DNA from: Deltaproteobacteria bacterium
Lineage (GTDB): Bacteria > Myxococcota_A > UBA9160 > SMWR01
Length of the DNA stretch: 64,000 nucleotides
Reading direction: 5' to 3'
NCBI GenBank assembly: GCA_032128115.1
Contig: JAQBHB010000036.1
Location: 5,872 to 69,871, forward strand
The notes beneath the pieces were generated by a model. That model made no database searches and was not told the origin of the DNA. It was given only the letters and a program-made list of their open reading frames with translations. This document shows, piece by piece, positions 7,407 through 16,347 of this stretch (within the stretch, counting starts at the first letter, position 1; every line of letters starts with the position of its first letter). The position numbers and the translations under genes are program-made.

Positions 7407-9560
7407 ATGTTGCGCTGGTTCGTGACGATTTTCGCGTTCTCATTCGCTGTCTCGGCCCCATGGGCCGCGGGCGGCGCTCCGAACATCATCTTCATCATGC
7501 TCGATGACGTGGGCTACGGGGATCTGGGAAGCTACGGCAGCACATTCGTCGAGACACCGCACCTGGACGATCTGGCAAGCCAGGGCATGCGATTCACCCA
7601 GTATTACGCGAACTCCTCGGTGTGCTCGCCGACCCGCGCCGCCATCCTCACGGGTCGCTATCCCACGGCGGTCGGGATGCGTCGGGTCCTGCCGGAGTAT
7701 TCCCTGCGTGGCCTCGCGGGCGACGCGCCCACGATCCCGCAAATTCTCGGCCAGGCCGGCTACGTGACGGCGCACTTCGGGAAGTGGCATCTGGGCCGCG
7801 CCCGGCCCGAGATGCTTCCGATTCCGCGCGGGTTCGATCACTCGGTGATTCGCGCCTTCGGGGAGTTCGGCTCCTACCGGGATCAGGTCTTCCGGATCGA
7901 CGGTCAGCAGGACGTGGCGAGCAGTGGTCACGCCACCGAAGTCCTGACCGACCACGTGATCCAGTTCATCCAGGAGCATCGCGACCGGACGTTTTTCGTC
8001 AATCTCTGGTTCAACGCGGCCCACACCCCCTACGATCCTCCTCAGGATTGGGTGGACCGCTACGGAAACTCGCCCGAGGGACTCTACGCGGCACACGTGA
8101 GTCACGCCGACGAGCAGGTGGGCCGGATTCTCGAGAGCCTGCGCGAATTGGGAATCGAAGATCGCACCCTCGTGATCGCGACGAGCGACAACGGTCGCGT
8201 CGGAACTCTCGCCATCGACACCGGTGGCGTGTCCGGCTCCAAGGGAGAGCTTTACGAGGGGGGGATTCGCGTTCCCATGATCGCCCGCTGGCCGGATTCG
8301 ATTCCAGTGGGGACGGTCAACGATTCGGTCTTCGTCGGCTTCGACTGGCTTCCGACCCTGGCGACCCTCGCCGGGGTCGACACGTCGCACCTCAGCCTGG
8401 ACGGAAGCGACCTGTCGGGCGCTCTGATCGATCCGGCGCCCCGAGCTCGCGGCGAGACCCTCTTCTGGGAGAGGCCGGGTGGCTTCAATTCCTTTGCGTC
8501 GCCGTCGGGCATGTTCGACCGGTACGCGGTGCGCGATGGCGGCTTGAAGCTGCTCCGTGAGGTCAGGAAGGGTACGGGGAGGCTGGAGTTCTACGATCTG
8601 GAGATCGACCCCCAGGAGCTGGAAGACCTGGCGCCGAATTCGGAGGCCGAGGTAGCGGATCTGGAGCGGCAGTACCGCGCCTGGCGCCGGCGGGTCGGCC
8701 GTTTCGGGTTCGACGTCCAATCGCTACAGGGCGCCGCCACTGCGGGCAACGGAGCATTCGACTTCGACGGAGGCGCTGCAGTCCTGGCGTGGAACGATCG
8801 CTTCGCATTCCATGACGGCGATTTCAGCATGCAGGCGCGTGTCGCTCCTCGGTCGATCGGCCCGGACGAACAATCGATCGCCGAGCACCCCGGGAGCTGG
8901 AGACTCCGGATTCTCGCTGATGGCCGGGTCGAGGTCGCCGTGCGCGATACCAACCCGGGGATCGAGACGCGGCTCGTGAGTCAGGCGGCGCTGGAGCCGG
9001 AGATCGAGCACAACGTGGCTTTTACGATCTACGGCTGGAGAAATTCCGAAAGTACGGTGAGGCTCTACCTGGACGGACAGCTCCAGGCCGAGACAAACGA
9101 GATCGAGACGGTGAATCCGAGCCTGGAGTCGCCCCAGATTGGCAATGGGCCCGACGGCTTCACGCCGTACCGGGGGTCGTTACGAGATCTGGCCTTCTAC
9201 CAGGTGGCGCTGACCGCCGACGAGATCGCCGACGGCGACGCGGATGGAATTCCGGATCCTCGCGACAACTGCATTCGCGAGCCCAACCAGGATCAGACCG
9301 ACTCGGACCTGGACGGCTACGGCAACGCCTGTGATGCGGACTACGACAACAGCGGACGTGTCAGCTTCGGCGACTTCATGGCTCTCCGGCAGGCCTTCGG
9401 CTCGAAGCTGGGAGATCCGGCCTACCGATCCGAGCTGGACGAGGACGGCGATGGTTTGATCAACCTCAACGAATTCGCCTTCTTCCGCGCCCGGCTGGGC
9501 GAGACCCCCGGGCCGTCGGGGCTCGCCTGTGCGGGCGTTGTATCCTGCCGCGCGCCCTGA
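7407..9560 (+). CDS. secreted sulfatase with C-terminal LamG-like and Ca-binding TSP3/dockerin-like modules (717 aa)
   Basis: Track ORF 6717..9560 trimmed to ATG 7407 (MLRWFVTIFAFSFAVSAPWAAG signal peptide). Sulfatase signature SSVCSPTRAAILTGRYP. A later LamG-like segment (VRLYLDGQLQAE..GSLRDLAFYQVALTADEI). Asp-rich repeats DGDADGIPDPRDNC, DQTDSDLDGYGNACD, DYDNSGRVSFGDF, DEDGDGLINLNEF. Confidence 0.88.
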   Translation: MLRWFVTIFAFSFAVSAPWAAGGAPNIIFIMLDDVGYGDLGSYGSTFVETPHLDDLASQGMRFTQYYANSSVCSPTRAAILTGRYPTAVGMRRVLPEYSLRGLAGDAPTIPQILGQAGYVTAHFGKWHLGRARPEMLPIPRGFDHSVIRAFGEFGSYRDQVFRIDGQQDVASSGHATEVLTDHVIQFIQEHRDRTFFVNLWFNAAHTPYDPPQDWVDRYGNSPEGLYAAHVSHADEQVGRILESLRELGIEDRTLVIATSDNGRVGTLAIDTGGVSGSKGELYEGGIRVPMIARWPDSIPVGTVNDSVFVGFDWLPTLATLAGVDTSHLSLDGSDLSGALIDPAPRARGETLFWERPGGFNSFASPSGMFDRYAVRDGGLKLLREVRKGTGRLEFYDLEIDPQELEDLAPNSEAEVADLERQYRAWRRRVGRFGFDVQSLQGAATAGNGAFDFDGGAAVLAWNDRFAFHDGDFSMQARVAPRSIGPDEQSIAEHPGSWRLRILADGRVEVAVRDTNPGIETRLVSQAALEPEIEHNVAFTIYGWRNSESTVRLYLDGQLQAETNEIETVNPSLESPQIGNGPDGFTPYRGSLRDLAFYQVALTADEIADGDADGIPDPRDNCIREPNQDQTDSDLDGYGNACDADYDNSGRVSFGDFMALRQAFGSKLGDPAYRSELDEDGDGLINLNEFAFFRARLGETPGPSGLACAGVVSCRAP

Positions 9561-9662
9561 GCGTGCCGCTGGCGGCTGTGCTTTCCCGGGGGTTGGGATC
9601 GCAGGGGCTTGGGACTACCCTGTCGGAACCCAGGGGGGTGTACGCGGATCGGAGGATGGACC

Positions 9663-10199
9663 ATGGTCGTCGAGGACGAGGAATATTTCGAGCGCCCCCG
9701 GAAAACCAAGGGTTTGAGCTTCGACGCCGATCTGCTGCGCGAGCCGCTGCAGAGTCTTCCCGTGCGCCAGCCCGTGATCTTCTCGTCCAACGATACGGTC
9801 ACCGAGGCCGTGCGCGCCATGCAACAGGAGCACCGGGGTTGCGTGATCGTGACCGACGATGGCACGTCCCAGAGCAAGCTCGTTGGGATCTTCACCGAAC
9901 GCGACGTGCTTTTCCGGATCGTCGACCAGGGGCGCAATCCCGCGACGCTTCCCCTGGTCGATGTAATGACTTTCGATCCCGAGGTGCTTCCCATCACGTC
10001 GACCCTCGCGTACGTCCTCAACAAGATGTCACTCGGCGGTTTCCGCCACATCCCGGTGGTCGACGAGGACCATCACCCGGTCTTCGTTGTATCGGTGCGC
10101 GATGTGGTGGCATACCTGGTCGAGGCGTTTCCCCGCGAGATATTCAACCTGCCCGGCGAGCCTGGCACGCCCACCACCCGGTCCCGCGAGGGAGCCTGA
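9663..10199 (+). CDS. CBS-domain pair protein
   Basis: Trimmed to ATG 9663, with GGAGGA upstream. Two CBS repeats (..VTEAVRAMQQEHRGCVIVTDD..LVGIFTERDV.. and ..TLAYVLNKMSLGGFRHIPVVDED..VFVVSVRDVV..). Confidence 0.8.
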   Translation: MVVEDEEYFERPRKTKGLSFDADLLREPLQSLPVRQPVIFSSNDTVTEAVRAMQQEHRGCVIVTDDGTSQSKLVGIFTERDVLFRIVDQGRNPATLPLVDVMTFDPEVLPITSTLAYVLNKMSLGGFRHIPVVDEDHHPVFVVSVRDVVAYLVEAFPREIFNLPGEPGTPTTRSREGA

Positions 10200-10208
10200 C
10201 CGCTTCTC

Positions 10209-10646
10209 GTGTCGGAGCTGCGCCTTACCCACATCGGCATCTGTGTCGCCGATGCAGAACGCTCCCTGCGTTTCTACTGCGAGGGCCTGGGCTTCCAGCT
10301 CGCTACGGAGCTCCGGGTCCAGGGGGAGCCCAGTGAGACCCTGCTCCAGCTGAAGGACGTGGACTTGCGCGCCATCTACCTGGTGCGCGACGGCGTGACG
10401 ATCGAGCTGCTCTACTACCAGACGCCGGGCTGCCAGGCGAGCCCCGTGCCCCGGGCCATGAACGCCGTGGGACTGACGCACCTGTCGCTGCAGGTGGACG
10501 ACCTGGATGCGCTGCTTCCGCGCCTGGAAGAAGCCGGCGCCCAGATCCTGCGCCACACCCGCATTGAAGTCCCGGAAGCTCGGGCCCAGGCGATCTTCGT
10601 GACCGACCCGGATGGCACGAGGATCGAAATCGTCCAGCGACCGTAG
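10209..10646 (+). CDS. VOC/glyoxalase-family protein
   Basis: 145 aa, GTG start. Pattern LTHIGICVADAERSLRFYCEGLGF ... GLTHLSLQVDDLDA ... FVTDPDGTRIEIV is typical of paired beta-alpha-beta-beta-beta VOC modules. Confidence 0.8.
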   Translation: MSELRLTHIGICVADAERSLRFYCEGLGFQLATELRVQGEPSETLLQLKDVDLRAIYLVRDGVTIELLYYQTPGCQASPVPRAMNAVGLTHLSLQVDDLDALLPRLEEAGAQILRHTRIEVPEARAQAIFVTDPDGTRIEIVQRP

Positions 10647-10711
10647 GACTGAGCTGGTGCAGGGCCGATGCTGGCTTCAAAAGTCAATAGTCAACCCCGT
10701 CCCCGTCTAGT

Positions 10712-13669
10712 CTACAGGCAGTTGTTGACCCCGGAGCTGTCTACGCAGATGGGCAGCTCGTTGCTCTGCGGCCCGCCCGGGTTCTGCACCTGCAGCAGGT
10801 AGGTGCCCTCGGGTGACGGCAACGAATCGAGATTGATTCGGATCAGCTCGGTGCTGCAATAGGGGCCGAACGTGGCTCCGCCCACGTTGCAGCTGCCGTT
10901 GCCGGCGATCGAGCTGCAGCACTCGAGGCTGGCACCCTCGGGCTGCCCGTCGAGCAGGATCACGCTGTCCGAACGCACCCAGGTGCCGGTGATTCCCATG
11001 TCCGTCGTGCTGGTGCCGTTGTTGGGCAGGTGCGGCACGCCCGGATCGCCCGTGTCGCCGCTCCCAGACACCGAGAGCAGCGGCTGCGTATGGGTGGACT
11101 TGCCCCAGTTCTCGGGCAGCCGACCCGTGAGCGTGGCAGTGATGGTGCCCGCCTCGGCCGCCGCCTCCAGCTCCGCGCGGGTGATCTGGATCTGGCCCGC
11201 CTGGTAGAGGCCGGTGTCGGCGTCGTATGAAATGGTGACGGCCGCGCCGTCGACCACGGCCCTGCCCCGCAGGTTGATGGCGCCCCTTGCGTCGGCCGCC
11301 TCGAGATCGTCCAGCAGGTCGAGGGCCGCATCGGCGCGGGCCTGCACGATCCAGAGGCTCGAGTGCAGGGTCACCTGGCGGCCGGTGGCCCCAGAGGTGC
11401 CCGTGCTGGCCTCCTCGAACATCTGGAAGATGTCGCCGGGCCCCACGTTGTAGGTGGGGGTGAACACCAGGAAGGCCGCGGCGAAGGTGGTGATCTCCCG
11501 GAAGCCCACGCTGGGATTCCACTGCAGACTCGGGGGCACCAGACCCGTGCCGGCCGCAAACTCCTGCAACTCTTCCGCCGCGGTCACGCCCATCGAGAAC
11601 TGCAGGAAGCGATCGGTCATGCCGCGCATGGTGGGCGCGTCGAAACCGTTGAGGGTGGCCGAGTTGGTGCCCGCACCCAGGGGAAGCTCGTGGCAGCCCG
11701 CATTCGAGTCGGCGCAGGTGTCCGGGTTGTTGGTGATCCCGCCCTGGTTCATGAAGAAGTCGCGGAAGCCGAGATTCGCGCTGGCCGAGACGCTGTCGTC
11801 GACGCGGCGCGCACGCGCCGGCGGATATTGCACGGACGCCTGGAAGGTGGCCATGTTGTCGCGTTCGGTCGGCGTGAGCTGGTTGCCCCCCGGATTGCAC
11901 GTGCCCGTCTGGTCGCACATCACCCCGGAGAGGGCCCCGTCAACCAGGTCGAGGAAGCACAGGTGGTCGCTGTCCGGATCGCCGGACGTAATGGCGCAGT
12001 CGGTGCCTCCGTTGCCGCCGCCGCCCACGGCCCCGTTGCCGCCGCCGAAGGGGTCGCCGAGCACGCCGTCCCAGTGCAGGGGGATCGTGTTCTTGAGGCC
12101 GCGAATCGGCATGGTCGAGCGGGGCTCGTCGTCGCCGGTGCAGGCGCCGAAGAAGCAGGCGCCGCCGATCCGCCACAGCAGCTGGTCGGTGTTGCCGTCC
12201 GGGTGACAGCTGGCGCACGCGAACGTGCCCGTGTCTGAGGCGTTGGCGTCGTTGAAGGCGATGCGGCCCAGACGCACGGCGTCTGGGGTGGGGTCGTTGC
12301 CCACGGGGATGGTATCGGTGATCGCGAGGTTGTCGGGGTCCGAGACGTCCACCACGGACACGCTGTTGTCCAGGGTGTTCAGCACGTAGGCGGTCTCCGG
12401 TGCGTCGCCGGCGCCGGAGCGGAGTGCAACGCCGCGCGGAATCGCGCCCACGTCGAGAATGTCGCGTACCTCACCGGTGGTGGCATTCACGCTGAACACG
12501 CGGCTCGACGCCGCGGCGGTCACCACCAGGGTCGAGTCGTCGTCGCTGATGGCGATGCCGTAGGGCGTCGCCAGTTGATCGCCCGCCGCCGGGTGGGCCC
12601 CGCAACTGGTTCCGCATTCGGGCTCGGGGAGGGACTCGAGTTCGTGGATGGTGGGCGCGCCGCAGCTGCCGCCATTGCAGTCCACCTCCGCGATCTGGTT
12701 CAGGAAGATGCGGTTGTCGAGATCGATCAGGTTGTCGCCGTCGATTCCGTTCACGGCGTTGCGCGCGTGGGTCTGGGCCACGAAGACCCGGTCGTCGCTG
12801 CTGACGGCGATGCCGTACAGCAGGGTGCCCACGTGCTCCACCACGTCCACCAGGGCGAGCGTTGCGGCGTCGTAGACGTACAGGTCCCGATCCGGAACGT
12901 CGGTATCGATGATGATGTTCTTGGTTTCGCCGGGAAGGTTGGGGTTCGTGGCGAATGCGAAGAGATCGTTCTCGTCCAGCGTGCAGTTCTCGGGTGGCTC
13001 GCCGGCGCCGGTGCCCGTGGGGCACGTCGAGAGCTCCGATTGGTTGCCCGATTCAAAGGCGCTCACGTAGAGGCGGCCGTTGCGAACGGCGATGGCGCGC
13101 GGGTCCTGGGCCGTCAGCGCGATGGGGGCGAGGCCGATATTGTGGCCGCCGATGCCCTGAACCACCACCGCGATCCGGTTCCTGGAAGACAGCGCCACGA
13201 AGGCCCGCGTGTTCGACTCGAAGGCGATACCCACGGGCTCATCGAAATCGGTGGAGCCGTTGCCGTCGATGTCCTGCACCGTTTCGATCACTTCGTTCAA
13301 GAGAGCCGGCCCGAAGGCCGGGTCCGTATTGACGATGCTGATGGAGTCCGACAGGTGATTCGCCACCCAGACGCGATTGCCGTCGGGGCGAACGGCGACA
13401 CTCACCGGCTCGAGGCCGACCTTCAGCTCCTTGAGCACCTTTTTCGTGGCGGTGTCGATGATGCTGAGGCTGTCGCTGGTGGTGTTGACCACATACAGAC
13501 GCGAGCCATCGGGCGAAAGGGCAATGGGATTCGACTGGGGGCTGGTGAACAGGGCGTGCCCCGGAGGCTCATGGGGGCTCGGGACCGGTTGCTGGCCCGT
13601 GCATTTGGCGCCCAGCGCCGACACGGCCAGTGCAGTGATCAGCGTGAGCATCGCGAACGGGTTGCGCAT
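10712..13669 (-). CDS. large secreted protein: YVTN-type beta-propeller repeats + CxxCH-containing middle region + C-terminal Ig-like module (985 aa)
   Basis: Signal peptide MRNPFAMLTLITALAVSALGA. Repeats such as LSPDGSRLYVVNTTSDSLSIIDTATKKV and VRPDGNRVWVANHLSDSISIVN. Motif FACASCHPDGNTDQLLW, a later CADSNAGCHELP, and the tail GTYLLQVQNPGGPQSNELPICV. Confidence 0.75.
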   Translation of the reverse strand: MRNPFAMLTLITALAVSALGAKCTGQQPVPSPHEPPGHALFTSPQSNPIALSPDGSRLYVVNTTSDSLSIIDTATKKVLKELKVGLEPVSVAVRPDGNRVWVANHLSDSISIVNTDPAFGPALLNEVIETVQDIDGNGSTDFDEPVGIAFESNTRAFVALSSRNRIAVVVQGIGGHNIGLAPIALTAQDPRAIAVRNGRLYVSAFESGNQSELSTCPTGTGAGEPPENCTLDENDLFAFATNPNLPGETKNIIIDTDVPDRDLYVYDAATLALVDVVEHVGTLLYGIAVSSDDRVFVAQTHARNAVNGIDGDNLIDLDNRIFLNQIAEVDCNGGSCGAPTIHELESLPEPECGTSCGAHPAAGDQLATPYGIAISDDDSTLVVTAAASSRVFSVNATTGEVRDILDVGAIPRGVALRSGAGDAPETAYVLNTLDNSVSVVDVSDPDNLAITDTIPVGNDPTPDAVRLGRIAFNDANASDTGTFACASCHPDGNTDQLLWRIGGACFFGACTGDDEPRSTMPIRGLKNTIPLHWDGVLGDPFGGGNGAVGGGGNGGTDCAITSGDPDSDHLCFLDLVDGALSGVMCDQTGTCNPGGNQLTPTERDNMATFQASVQYPPARARRVDDSVSASANLGFRDFFMNQGGITNNPDTCADSNAGCHELPLGAGTNSATLNGFDAPTMRGMTDRFLQFSMGVTAAEELQEFAAGTGLVPPSLQWNPSVGFREITTFAAAFLVFTPTYNVGPGDIFQMFEEASTGTSGATGRQVTLHSSLWIVQARADAALDLLDDLEAADARGAINLRGRAVVDGAAVTISYDADTGLYQAGQIQITRAELEAAAEAGTITATLTGRLPENWGKSTHTQPLLSVSGSGDTGDPGVPHLPNNGTSTTDMGITGTWVRSDSVILLDGQPEGASLECCSSIAGNGSCNVGGATFGPYCSTELIRINLDSLPSPEGTYLLQVQNPGGPQSNELPICVDSSGVNNCL

Positions 13670-13834
13670 GAAAGGCCTCCCTCAGCACGGCGATCGGAAT
13701 CGCCACCGTCGAAGCCCCTGGGAGGCCGCATTCTAGCGTGCCCTTCGCAGAACTGGGGAAAAGGGACACGGATCCGTCGAAACGCTTCGCTCCGGCCCCG
13801 CGGGGGGCGGCCGTGACTGATACGCTTCGCGGCC

Positions 13835-14461
13835 ATGGCAAAGGCGTCCAATTCGCGCGCCTCGATCGAGCGGCTCTCGAGCGGTGAGGTGGAAATGGCC
13901 GCGGGAATGCTGGCCCGGGCATTTCGCGACAATCCCTTGAATCGGGCCGTGATCGATTCCGACGACCCGGCGCGCCGCGATCGCTGCAACCTGCACGGCA
14001 TGCGGGCCCTGCTCCCGGTAGCCAGGCAACATGCACAGGTTCTCACGGCCCATGTGGCCGGCCGACTGGCGGGCGCGCTGATCGCGGCGCCTCCCTACGG
14101 CTATCCGCTGCCGCCGCCCCCGTGGAGGTTGCGCCTGCGCTGTCTGCTGGGACAGGGGTGGCGGGTGGGTCATCGCTGGGGCGAGGTGTTCGAGGCCCTG
14201 GATTCCCTGCATCCCCTGGAGCCCGTGGCCTATCTGGGGACGCTGGGGATCGAGCCCGCACTTCAGGGTCGCGGCGCAGGCACGGCACTGCTTTCGGCCT
14301 GGGTCGCCGATCTCGATCGGGATGGGCACGGGGCCTACCTGGAGACGGACGCGGCAGTCACGGTGGCCTTCTACCAACGGGCCGGCTTCCGGGTGATGGG
14401 CGAGTGCCAGGTGTTCGGCACCCCGATCTGGCGCATGCACCGGGAGCCCGAGACGCACTAG
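13835..14461 (+). CDS. GNAT-family N-acetyltransferase
   Basis: 208 aa. Acetyl-CoA binding motif LGIEPALQGRGAGTALLSAWV and C-terminal YQRAGFRV. Confidence 0.8.
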   Translation: MAKASNSRASIERLSSGEVEMAAGMLARAFRDNPLNRAVIDSDDPARRDRCNLHGMRALLPVARQHAQVLTAHVAGRLAGALIAAPPYGYPLPPPPWRLRLRCLLGQGWRVGHRWGEVFEALDSLHPLEPVAYLGTLGIEPALQGRGAGTALLSAWVADLDRDGHGAYLETDAAVTVAFYQRAGFRVMGECQVFGTPIWRMHREPETH

Positions 14462-14501
14462 ACTTCTCGCTTGCCGGGTTGTGCCCGGGTCGGGGGAGTT
14501 C

Positions 14502-15368
14502 ATGTTCGGACGAAGACCGGATGCCACGCTGGTTCGCAAGCTCGGAACCATGCGCCGCTTCATGCCCTACATCTCGCCGCGACGGAACGACTCGGTTTTC
14601 CACCTGCCCCAGGACATCGACGTGGAAGCCGCTCTCGAGTTTCTCGAAAAGCGCAATCGCGAGCGGCCCACCGATCGTCCCCTCAGCCTGTTCCACCTGT
14701 TCCTTCGCTCGCTCTCCCAGGCCCACGTGCTCCGCCCGGGAGTGAATCGCTTCGTAAAGGGCGGAAAGCTCTGGCAGCGGGATGGGGTCTGGCTGTCCTT
14801 CAGCGCCAAGCGCGAACTCAAAGACGGCTCGCCCATGATCACGGTCAAGCGCCGCTTCGAGCCGGAAACCGAGAGCCTGGATGAGATGGCCGACGCCATC
14901 TACGACAAGCTGCGGCCGGCGCGTGCGGGGCGGCGATCCACCAGCGACAAGGAAATGGGGGTGCTGCTGCGCATGCCCGGCTTCGCCATCCGGGCCGCCC
15001 TCGGTGTTGCCCGGCTGGCGGACCGCTTTGGCGTGCTGCCGCTCGGCATGATCGAGAGCGATCCCCTGTTCGCTTCGACCTTCGTGGCCAACCTCGGTTC
15101 GGTGGGTCACCCCGCCGGCTTCCACCACCTCTGGGAGTACGGCACCTGCTCGATCTTCGGAGTGATGGGGCGCATCTGGCACAACGCCCAGGGCCGCCGG
15201 ACCATGACCGTCTGCTGGACATACGACGAGCGCATCGAAGATGGGCTCTACTCGGCCATCGGCCTGGCCGGGATCCAGGAGCGGCTCGAGAATCCCGAGC
15301 TGCTCGAACTCACCCCCGACAAACTCCCAGAGCATCACGGCGACCGGGTGGCGGTCGGGAAGGCCTGA
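14502..15368 (+). CDS. stand-alone 2-oxoacid-dehydrogenase E2-type acyltransferase catalytic-domain protein (no lipoyl domain)
   Basis: Trimmed to ATG 14502 (GGGGGAG upstream). C-terminal block MTVCWTYDERIEDGLYSAIGLAGIQERLENPELL aligns by eye with the E2/CAT-fold DHRxxDG..F...L..P..LL block, but with Glu in place of the catalytic His. Confidence 0.65.
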   Translation: MFGRRPDATLVRKLGTMRRFMPYISPRRNDSVFHLPQDIDVEAALEFLEKRNRERPTDRPLSLFHLFLRSLSQAHVLRPGVNRFVKGGKLWQRDGVWLSFSAKRELKDGSPMITVKRRFEPETESLDEMADAIYDKLRPARAGRRSTSDKEMGVLLRMPGFAIRAALGVARLADRFGVLPLGMIESDPLFASTFVANLGSVGHPAGFHHLWEYGTCSIFGVMGRIWHNAQGRRTMTVCWTYDERIEDGLYSAIGLAGIQERLENPELLELTPDKLPEHHGDRVAVGKA

Positions 15369-15377
15369 GAGGCGAAT

Positions 15378-15391
15378 GGAAAAATTTTTCC
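15378..15391. repeat. perfect 14-bp palindrome GGAAAAATTTTTCC
   Basis: Read directly. Lies 10 nt after the stop of the E2-like gene, at the start of a 327-bp lower-GC intergenic region. Confidence 0.85.
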
Positions 15392-15695
15392 TCGTTTGAG
15401 GAACGATGCTTCCCATGCCGCTTCGAGAATCCTGGCCAACACCCCGCAAATTCAAGTATTTACGAGATGGTTCCAATCGGCACGGAAGTTGCTGACCCTC
15501 CTCCACGACTAGGGTGCTTCCTGGATTCGGGCCGTAGAGTCCCGCCTGGGAGTACGACGCCGGGCCTTCCCTGGGAAGAGAATTGGCTTTGGTGTCCAGA
15601 GGCTCGGCGCGTGCGCCGGGCCTCTGTCGTGTCTGGCCTCGGCCCCCACCCCATGCGGGCGATTCTCGCGGCAATATGAGATCTTGTTCGCCTTG

Positions 15696-16319
15696 ATGGA
15701 ATCCACCCTGCGACCCGACGACGGCCGCCTGGAGCGGGGCCGCCGCAGCCGCAGCCGCATCCGCCAGGCCGCGCGAACCCTGTTCCAGGAGCGCGGCTTC
15801 GACGCCACGACCCTGCGGGCCATCGCGGCCGAAGCTGGCATGGGTGCGAGTTCGATCTATCGCCACGTTCGCAGCAAGGAGGAACTGCTGATTCAGGAGC
15901 TGGCGGACGTGCAGGAGGAGGCCTGGAAGCGCTTCCGCGAGCGCGACGATCGCACGGCCCCCACTCGCGACCGGATCGGCAGCTTCTTCCAGATCCAGCA
16001 CGATCTGCTCGCCCAGGTCCCGGACCTGACCGTGATCGCGCTTCGTGCGAGCACCTATCCCGAGGCCCGGGTGGCCCGCCGGGTCCTGGCGCTCAACGAC
16101 CGGGCGATCGGACTGCTGGCCGAGATCCTCCAGGGTGGGCAGGGCCGCCGCGATCTGGACCGCGAGCTGGACGTGCTGACCGCGGCGCGCACCCTGTTCC
16201 ACGTGGCCAGCGGTGCCCGGCTTTCCTGGGCAAACGGCCTGGTTTCCGAGGAGGGCTGCCGCGATTCCATCGACGCCTCGGTAACGCTGCTCTTCCGGGG
16301 GATCGCAGCCCCCGCTTGA
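15696..16319 (+). CDS. TetR/AcrR-family transcriptional regulator
   Basis: Trimmed to ATG 15696. HTH ARTLFQERGFDATTLRAIAAEAGMGASSIYRHVRSKEELL. Confidence 0.85.
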   Translation: MESTLRPDDGRLERGRRSRSRIRQAARTLFQERGFDATTLRAIAAEAGMGASSIYRHVRSKEELLIQELADVQEEAWKRFRERDDRTAPTRDRIGSFFQIQHDLLAQVPDLTVIALRASTYPEARVARRVLALNDRAIGLLAEILQGGQGRRDLDRELDVLTAARTLFHVASGARLSWANGLVSEEGCRDSIDASVTLLFRGIAAPA

Positions 16320-16347
16320 GGTCCGAACCTCGCCGACCGGAGGATCC

